DNA of 20,000 nucleotides from the IMG/VR virus record IMGVR_UViG_3300020037_010720. One strand, 5' to 3'. Position numbers and translations under genes: made by a program. Below, in pieces: positions 13,911-20,000 of this stretch (positions are counted from its first letter, which is position 1; each line of letters opens with the position of its first letter). The notes below the pieces were generated by a model. The model did no database searches, was not told the origin of the DNA, and saw nothing but the letters and a program-made list of their open reading frames with translations. Source of the stretch: an uncultured virus (IMG/VR IMGVR_UViG_3300020037_010720). Lineage: Duplodnaviria > Heunggongvirae > Uroviricota > Caudoviricetes.

Positions 13911-16433
13911 TCAGGCTGCGAGCAGCACCTGGGTCGTGAGCATGATGCGGAGGTTGATGTACTTCTGCGTGGTCAGCATCCTGATGTTCACGGCCACGTC
14001 GACGTGCCCCAGCGCCTTCCACGGCTCGGATGACACGTCGGCGACGGTGTAGTCGGCGATGCGGGCGAGCGCCGGGTTGCCCTCGCTCTTGAGCGTCTCG
14101 AGGAAGCCGGCGATCGCGTTGACGACGCTGATCTTCGCGTTGGGCCGCATGAGCTTCTTCAGGTACGGCTTGGCGATGATGGCGCAGGTGTTGCCGACGT
14201 AGTTCCACATGAACCGGTGGTTCGCGTTGGACTCGTCGGCGTTCAGCGACTCGGGCTTGGCCGTCACGTCGGACTGGACGCAAATCCCGGCATCGGGGTC
14301 GATCTTGAAGGTGCAGACGCCCGCGGCCTTCATGGCGATGTAGTGCGAAGCCTTGAGCGGCGTGCCCTTCTTCGCCGAGTTGAACTTGTTTTCGAGCCCG
14401 ATGATCGCGTCGATGCGGCGGATCACCGTGGTCGTGAGGTCCTGGCCCGCGTTCTCCTCGGGCGGGAGGCGAGACCGGATGCTCGCGTACAGCACGTTGC
14501 TGCGGCGCTCGATGGCTCCGTCGGTCGTGAAGCCGAGCCCGCCGGCGAGGCCCACGTCGGCGATGCGGGGGATCCGAGCGAGGGTGCCGGGGGCCGTGAA
14601 CACGTAGTCGCGGCCCTTGCCGCACACCGGGACGCCCTGCGACGTGTCGCCGATGATCTGGTCGACGGTGAAGCCCAGCGGCGGGGCCAAGATGCCGACG
14701 CGCAGCGCGTGCTCTTCCGAGTTGGCCTCCGGGATGTTGGCGACCATGCTCGCGTCGATCGACTCGGAGCCCCGGCACGTCGTGAGGATCGTGATCTCTC
14801 GCGCCACGCTGCTCGAGTCGATCGTGGCGTCGAGCGCCTCGCGGTAGGCCTTGTCGAAGCCGGAGGGCGACAGCCGCGTCAGGGCGACGGTGTTGCTGAC
14901 GACGAACTCGTCCGACAGCACGTCGACCAGCTCGTTGACCTCGCCGATGCCGGCGCTGGGCGTGCTGTCGTCGTCGACGGCGGGCCGCACGTCGAGGTCG
15001 AAGGGCCCGCCGGTCTTGTCGGTCTCGATGGTCTGGCAGGTGACCCAGATGAAGCCCGCGTCGTCGCGGACGCGCGTGCCGGAGGGCAGCAGGACCGCCG
15101 CACCGGCGCCCGCGCTGATCGTGGTGCCCGCGATGAAGCCGAGGGCGAGGCCGATCGCGCCGCCGGTGAACTTGAGCAGGCCGGTCTCCGCCGTCGCGGT
15201 GTTCCAGGCCCGCAGGAAGCCGGTCGAGAGCATGCGCGAGCCGAGGCCGCCGAGCAGGTCGATCATGGTCGAGAGCTCGGCATCGAGGACGCCGTCGACG
15301 TTCTTGACGTTGCCGTTGCCGTTGCCGTACGTGGTCGCGTTCGGCGTCACGTTGGCGGTGGTGAAGTCACCGCCGTTCGGGGTCGCGGTGATGGCGGTGA
15401 GGATGCCGACGCCCGCGACGTTGCTCGTGATGTTGATGACGCCAGCGCCGCCGAGCGACAGCGTGACGGGGGCGTTGGGGTTGACCGTGTTGAAGTTGGC
15501 GAGCAGCGCGGCGCGAATGGCCGCCTGGTTCTCGGCGACCGCGGTGAAGGTGCCCGTGTAGGTCGTGAGCTGTCCCTGGTACAGCACGGTGACCGTGAAG
15601 GTGTACGTGCCGGCGGAGGCGACGGCGACGGTGACCTTGTCGACCTCGGCGGTGTCGACTGCGGAGAAGCCGAGCTGGGTCAGGACGCCCGGCGAGGCCG
15701 AGACGATCTTGATGTAGCCCTTGCTGCCGCGGATGCGCGAGGTGAGCTTGAGCTGGCCGCCGACGTTGGAGGCGGCGGTGTACCCGAGCTGCTTGTTGAA
15801 CGCGTCGATCACATTGGTGATCGACTGGTCGGTCGCGGCGAACTTGACGGGGCGGATATTTCCGAACTCGTCCTCGATCAGGATCTTCTCGGTGCCGACG
15901 AAGTCCGTGTCGTAGGTGCCGCCGACCGCCTGGATGGTGCCGGCCACAGCGACGATGGTGGCGACGACGGGGCTCCCGTCGACCTCGAACTCGGCCGTGT
16001 CGTCGGGCTCGAGGTTGTGCGGCCCCCGCTTGGTCGCGGTCATGCTGGCGAGGCGCTGGAAGCGGACCTGGCCCGACGCGGTCTTGACGCGGACCACGAT
16101 GAGCCGGGTGAACGACAGGCCCGCCAGGGCGATGTACAGGTTGCCGAGCCACAGTTCGGAGGCGCCGGAGCGCCGCGCGACCGGGTTCTGCCCCGGCTTG
16201 CCGTCGTGGACGAAGCCGAGCTCGCCGAAGGTGCGGATGAGCTCCTCGCCGCTGCGGATCTCGACGGGCGTGTTGTAGGGGCCGTCCTCAGCCTCGCCGA
16301 CCACGCAGCACACGCCGGTGCCGGCGCCCTGCTCGATGTTCTGCGGGCTGATCTCGATGAGATTGACGCCCTCGATCGCGGCGAGCTGAGCGCGGGACGG
16401 CTCGGCAGCAAAGTAGCGGGTGAATCCGGTCAT
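13911..16433 (-). CDS. Contractile tail sheath protein with large inserted domains (840 aa)
   Basis: N-terminal EGVNLIEISPQNIEQGAGTGVCCVVGEAEDGPYNTPVEIRSGEELIRTFG and C-terminal HRFMWNYVGN...IAGFLETLKSEG...IADYTV...GHVDVAVNIRMLTTQKYINL match sheath termini. GGAG lies 10 nt upstream of the ATG. Confidence 0.9.
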   Translation of the reverse strand: MTGFTRYFAAEPSRAQLAAIEGVNLIEISPQNIEQGAGTGVCCVVGEAEDGPYNTPVEIRSGEELIRTFGELGFVHDGKPGQNPVARRSGASELWLGNLYIALAGLSFTRLIVVRVKTASGQVRFQRLASMTATKRGPHNLEPDDTAEFEVDGSPVVATIVAVAGTIQAVGGTYDTDFVGTEKILIEDEFGNIRPVKFAATDQSITNVIDAFNKQLGYTAASNVGGQLKLTSRIRGSKGYIKIVSASPGVLTQLGFSAVDTAEVDKVTVAVASAGTYTFTVTVLYQGQLTTYTGTFTAVAENQAAIRAALLANFNTVNPNAPVTLSLGGAGVINITSNVAGVGILTAITATPNGGDFTTANVTPNATTYGNGNGNVKNVDGVLDAELSTMIDLLGGLGSRMLSTGFLRAWNTATAETGLLKFTGGAIGLALGFIAGTTISAGAGAAVLLPSGTRVRDDAGFIWVTCQTIETDKTGGPFDLDVRPAVDDDSTPSAGIGEVNELVDVLSDEFVVSNTVALTRLSPSGFDKAYREALDATIDSSSVAREITILTTCRGSESIDASMVANIPEANSEEHALRVGILAPPLGFTVDQIIGDTSQGVPVCGKGRDYVFTAPGTLARIPRIADVGLAGGLGFTTDGAIERRSNVLYASIRSRLPPEENAGQDLTTTVIRRIDAIIGLENKFNSAKKGTPLKASHYIAMKAAGVCTFKIDPDAGICVQSDVTAKPESLNADESNANHRFMWNYVGNTCAIIAKPYLKKLMRPNAKISVVNAIAGFLETLKSEGNPALARIADYTVADVSSEPWKALGHVDVAVNIRMLTTQKYINLRIMLTTQVLLAA

Positions 16434-16453
16434 GAGGCCCAGGCTCCGGCCGC

Positions 16454-16461
16454 GACCCTAC
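16454..16461 (-). promoter_or_regulatory. Core of the same promoter-like motif (GTAGGGTC) upstream of the sheath gene
   Basis: TAGGGT hexamer in the 61-bp intergenic gap, 21 nt before the sheath ATG; the leader contains GGAG. Confidence 0.45.
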
Positions 16462-16494
16462 TGGCGCGCGACCGGGCCCCGCCACAAACCGGGC

Positions 16495-17334
16495 CTACGG
16501 CATCCTGGGCTTGGGCGCGGTCTCCCAGCGCGGCGGCGCGGAGACGAGGATGACGTCGGGGATCTCGACGGTCAGGAAACACAGGAGCTCGAACTCGCTG
16601 CCCTTGGTGCGCTCGCCAGTCGGGTCGAGCCCGCCGAACGAGAACGGCACATCGGCCAGCGTGATCCGGACCTGGCGCTCGTAGTAGCACCCGAGCGCAA
16701 CCCGGCGGCCGGTTCGGAAGTCGCGCGGCTCGGTCGCGAAGCGGTCGGTCAGCGCGAGCTGGAGCGCGTCTCTGGCGCTCGCCGAGGACAGCACGGTCTG
16801 GATGATGACGGTGCCGGTCACGTCGTTGCGGTGCAGCAGCACGGTCCCGGGCCCGTACACGTCCACCGTGTCCTCGTCCATGTCGGGGCCGGAGAGGCCG
16901 AGGCTGTCGAATTTCCAGTCCTCGGCGTCGCGGACCGTGAACTTGGGCGGGGCGATGTCGGAGCCGGACTCAGGCCAGTCGATAGCGATGCTGCGCTCGC
17001 GGACCTCGATGCGGGGACCGGCGATGCGCTGGCCCGCGTCGTTGACGATGACGCCCTGGGCGTTGCGCTTGCCGGCCCAGACGGTCTTGAGCTGGACGTC
17101 GTACGCGACCATGCCGATGAGCAGTTCGACGACGGCCACCTTGCCGGCGAGGGTGGCCCCGATGCGCTGGCCCGCGTCGACGGCGATGCTGTGGTTGCTC
17201 TCGAGGTAGACGAGGCCCGGGGCGACGACGCTGAGGGCGCCGAGCGTGGGGACCTTGCCCTGCTCGTCCTCGTGGACCTGGATCTTGGTCTGGCCGTCGC
17301 GGGTCGTGGCGAAGGCGGGCCGGAGGCGCTTCAC
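16495..17334 (-). CDS. Putative tail completion/terminator (neck) protein (279 aa)
   Basis: GTG start at 17334 in a GTGA overlap with the upstream stop; located just before the sheath; the pattern DWPESGSDIAPPKFTV...GTVIIQTVLSSASARDALQLALTDRF resembles terminator-type proteins. Function assigned mainly by synteny. Confidence 0.55.
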   Translation of the reverse strand: MKRLRPAFATTRDGQTKIQVHEDEQGKVPTLGALSVVAPGLVYLESNHSIAVDAGQRIGATLAGKVAVVELLIGMVAYDVQLKTVWAGKRNAQGVIVNDAGQRIAGPRIEVRERSIAIDWPESGSDIAPPKFTVRDAEDWKFDSLGLSGPDMDEDTVDVYGPGTVLLHRNDVTGTVIIQTVLSSASARDALQLALTDRFATEPRDFRTGRRVALGCYYERQVRITLADVPFSFGGLDPTGERTKGSEFELLCFLTVEIPDVILVSAPPRWETAPKPRMP

Positions 17335-17798
17335 GAGCGCACCAGCTTCACGGCGGCCTCGTAGACGCCCTTGCGGGTGCGCGGGCTCATGTGACCCGTG
17401 TTGGTGTTGTGGACGTCGAGCACCGCGAGCGCGGCCCCAGCCTGCTGCAGCACAGAGCCTTCTTGGGCGTAGCCCTGGCCTGTGATGGCGGCGTGAAGCG
17501 CGGACAAGTAGGCCGCGTACACCTTGTCCATGTTGGCCTCGCGCTGGTCGCTCCTCCTGAGCTCGAGGACGAACTTCTCCCACTCGGCCTGCTCCCCCGG
17601 AACACGGCGCCGAGCGACATCCAGGATCTTCGCGCAGGCGGCCTCGAGCGCCTCGTGGGCCCCGTAGTCGCGCTCCGCGTCGCGGATGCGGCACCAGACC
17701 TCGTCGGCATCCCATTCCGGGACGGCTTTGTGCATCGAGGCCAAGGTCTCGGCGAGGTCGGAGGAGAGCTGGGGGGCGGTCGGCGTGGGCTCGGTCAT
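17331..17798 (-). CDS. Hypothetical alpha-helical protein (155 aa)
   Basis: ATG 17798 (MTEPTPTAPQLSSDLAETL...), coupled by ATGA/GTGA overlaps on both sides; GC3-biased codons. Confidence 0.65.
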   Translation of the reverse strand: MTEPTPTAPQLSSDLAETLASMHKAVPEWDADEVWCRIRDAERDYGAHEALEAACAKILDVARRRVPGEQAEWEKFVLELRRSDQREANMDKVYAAYLSALHAAITGQGYAQEGSVLQQAGAALAVLDVHNTNTGHMSPRTRKGVYEAAVKLVRS

Positions 17799-18769
17799 GC
17801 CGTAGCGGTACCACCCACGCCGGCGCCCGTCGATGCCCGACACGCGACCTCGAAGCAGCCCTCGGCGACGACCTCGACCGCGGCCTCGGCGATGACGCAG
17901 GCGTGGCACGGCTTGGCGTCGCCGCACCAGCAGACCAGGACCCGCCGCTGCAGGACGACCGCGGCGAGCTCGGCCCGGACCATCGGCAGGATGCGGCCCA
18001 AGTGCTCGCGGTAGTAGTCGAGCGCGCGCTCCCGCGTGCAGATCACCGCGCCGCCGGGGAGCAGCACGGACACCTGATCTGCGGACAGGGGCCGGACCGG
18101 GAAGGGGTTGTGCAGGAGCGGGTGGCCCGCGAGGCCGTGGGCGTCACGACCCACGTAGGTGCACCACGCGGGCACCACGGGCTTGCCGTTCACCTTCATC
18201 CAGTGCCCGGACATGATCGGCGGCCCGACGCCAGGGCGCCCGGCGTGAACCTCGAGCACGCGCCTGCGGTCGGACCGGACGAGCCACGCGTCGTCCTTGG
18301 TCCAGCGCTGGTAACTGGCGAGCGCGGTGGTTACCACGGGGTCGGCGATGTCGACGACGGGGATGCCGGCGCCCCTGGCCTGCGCGACCATGTTCGCGGT
18401 GCCGGTGCCGCCTGCCGCGGCGAGTACCGCTTCCGCGGGCTGGACCGCGCCCGCGTTGCGCCGGTTCCCCGTGAGCATGTTGAGGTTGCGGATCGGTCCG
18501 CCGGCCTTGCCGTGCTCCGACGCGTACGGGAAGCCGATGACGGGGATGCCGAGTTGCTCCGCGGCACCGCGTGCGTCGAGATCGACACCCTCGGCCTCAC
18601 CCTCGTACACCGCGTCGATCCCGGGCCGGATGCGCGGCTCGATGGCTTGGAGCCGGCGCAGGAGGCCGCCCAGCCAGGGGTGCGCGTCGGGCCGGTGAAT
18701 AGCCGCCATCACGGCGCGTCCCATCGGTCCCAGTCGGAAGCGGCGCCCGCCGCAGAAGATCCATCTCAT
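17795..18769 (-). CDS. SLOG (YspA/DUF2493-like) domain fused to DUF4326-like domain (324 aa)
   Basis: Start ATG 18769. MRWIFCGGRRF...VYEGEAEGVD...FPYASEHGKAGGPIRNLNML...GGTGTANMVAQARGAGIPV is SLOG-like; YVGR...NPF...RERALDYYREHL...LVCWCGDAKPCHACVI is DUF4326-like. Confidence 0.82.
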   Translation of the reverse strand: MRWIFCGGRRFRLGPMGRAVMAAIHRPDAHPWLGGLLRRLQAIEPRIRPGIDAVYEGEAEGVDLDARGAAEQLGIPVIGFPYASEHGKAGGPIRNLNMLTGNRRNAGAVQPAEAVLAAAGGTGTANMVAQARGAGIPVVDIADPVVTTALASYQRWTKDDAWLVRSDRRRVLEVHAGRPGVGPPIMSGHWMKVNGKPVVPAWCTYVGRDAHGLAGHPLLHNPFPVRPLSADQVSVLLPGGAVICTRERALDYYREHLGRILPMVRAELAAVVLQRRVLVCWCGDAKPCHACVIAEAAVEVVAEGCFEVACRASTGAGVGGTATA

Positions 18770-18817
18770 GCCCGCGCAGACGGGCCCCTCGTGGCGAGAT
18801 TCAACATGCACAAGCTC

Positions 18818-19945
18818 ATGGACGTCACCGTCGACCACGCGCGCCTCTTGGCAGCCATCTCCACCGCGAGCAGCATCGCCGAGCGCCGAGCCGACAACGG
18901 CGCGCTCAAGAACGTGCTGATCGACGCGGACCCCAAGCACGGGATCGTCGTGACCGCGACGGACCTGCGGCTGACCAGCAGGGAGACGCTCGACATTCGC
19001 GTCGACACCACAGTCGAGTCACGCGGCAAGGTCTCGGTACCAGCGCACCATCTCCGCTCCGTCGTGAAGACCCTCCCGCCCGGGCCCGTTCGGGTGCAGG
19101 GCGCCGAGAACAACTGGGTCCATCTGAGCGCGCGGCGCAGCAGCTTCAAGCTCATGGCGTGCTCGCCCTCCGACTTCCCGGACCCGCCAGCCGTGCCGAC
19201 CAAGGGCTTCGTCGGGGTGCACGCCGTGACCATGCACTCGATGTTGGAGAGCACGCTCAAGACAGCGTCGACCGACGAATCGCGCGTCAACCTCAACGGC
19301 GTGCTCTTCGAGAGCGACGGCAAGGTCGGCACCGCGGTGTCGACGGACGGGCATCGCCTGACCAAGGTGTCGCTCGCCATGGCGGGCCTCAAGCTGGCGC
19401 GAGGCGTCGTCATCCCTCGGCACGGAGTCGTCGCCTTGCTCGCTCTTCTCGAGCAGGCCAAGGCCGCCGATGTCATGGTCCACGTCGACGATGCGTCGCA
19501 GTGGCTCACGGCGCAGGGCGGCGCCCGAACACTCTCAATCAAGCTCAACAACGTGGTGTTCCCGCCGTACCAGCAGGTCATCCCGCGCGCGTTCAAGCGC
19601 GAGGCCATCGTGGACCGCGCTTCGCTAGCGACGGTCCTGAGCCGCGCGATCGTGATGGCGCCGGAGAAGACCGCCACCGCGCGCCTCGACTTCATCGCGA
19701 AGGACAACCTGCTGCAGGTGACGGCCGACAACCCCGACCTCGGGCAGGTGACCGACGCCGTCGAGATGGAGTTTTCAGGGGAGGGCCTCACCGCGGGTTA
19801 CAACGCGGTGTACCTGCTCGACGTGCTCGCCACGATCAAAACCGCGAAGGTGGTCCTGCGGCTGGGCGGCGAACTCGAGCCCATGGTGGTCCAGCCCGTC
19901 GACGGGCCCGACTACCTGTGCGTCGTGATGCCGATGCGGATCTAG
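18818..19945 (+). CDS. dnaN: DNA polymerase III beta sliding clamp (375 aa; alternative start ATG 18806)
   Basis: Full-length clamp motifs: LKNVLI, ATDL, DFP, STDESRVNLNGV, STDGHRL, VVIPR, FPPYQQVIP, GYNAVYLLDVL and C-terminal YLCVVMPMRI. Confidence 0.95.
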   Translation: MDVTVDHARLLAAISTASSIAERRADNGALKNVLIDADPKHGIVVTATDLRLTSRETLDIRVDTTVESRGKVSVPAHHLRSVVKTLPPGPVRVQGAENNWVHLSARRSSFKLMACSPSDFPDPPAVPTKGFVGVHAVTMHSMLESTLKTASTDESRVNLNGVLFESDGKVGTAVSTDGHRLTKVSLAMAGLKLARGVVIPRHGVVALLALLEQAKAADVMVHVDDASQWLTAQGGARTLSIKLNNVVFPPYQQVIPRAFKREAIVDRASLATVLSRAIVMAPEKTATARLDFIAKDNLLQVTADNPDLGQVTDAVEMEFSGEGLTAGYNAVYLLDVLATIKTAKVVLRLGGELEPMVVQPVDGPDYLCVVMPMRI

Positions 19946-20000
19946 TTCTGGCGCTTGAGCTTGCGGAGCTCGGACTTGAGGAAGCGCCGGATGTCGACGA
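19942..20000 (-). CDS. 3' end of a minus-strand gene entering from the right edge (...VDIRRFLKSELRKLKRQN*)
   Basis: Open frame in which every codon ends in G/C; its TAG (19942-19944) overlaps the dnaN TAG in CTAG. Only 18 residues are visible. Confidence 0.55.
   Translation of the reverse strand, partial: VDIRRFLKSELRKLKRQN

Noticed and set aside
14217..16553. 778-aa + strand ORF
   Set aside because: Antisense shadow of the sheath gene caused by GC3 bias.
17796..17814. GTGG-TACCGC-6 nt-ATG, same spacing as the promoter-like motif
   Set aside because: Lacks the conserved final T of the -10 hexamer and lies inside a coding region with an ATGA overlap that already explains the start; kept only as a weak possibility.
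17903..18805. Apparent ~300-aa N-terminal extension making DnaN a 680-aa fusion
   Set aside because: It is the antisense of the SLOG-DUF4326 gene; clamp similarity begins at about 18818.

Overview
GC-rich (roughly 70% by eye) segment of a contractile-tailed (myovirus-type) phage or prophage. A tailocin/eCIS cannot be excluded from this window alone, but the non-structural cargo favours a phage. The minus strand carries a tail morphogenesis module, in transcription order: putative tail completion protein, 840-aa sheath, tube, tail-assembly chaperone plus small partner ORF, tape measure, LysM/tube-initiator, baseplate hub, spike, a beta-roll fibre/adhesin, a BppU-like accessory protein, an Ig+gp25-like wedge and a baseplate J-like protein (truncated by the window edge). 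Three plus-strand cassettes interrupt it: a DUF5131/Gp37Gp68 radical-SAM-like gene with a Cys-rich sigma70-region-4 gene, a small HTH gene, and a full-length DnaN beta clamp. Each meets a minus-strand gene stop-to-stop. A near-identical 19-bp motif (GTGGTAGGGTCCGG(C/T)CGTG on the minus strand), resembling an extended -10 leaderless promoter, precedes the fibre and tape-measure genes, and its core recurs before the sheath. Other notable points are an internally duplicated chaperone, a nested multi-domain sheath and a SLOG-DUF4326 fusion. All family calls are motif recognition by eye; no searches were run.
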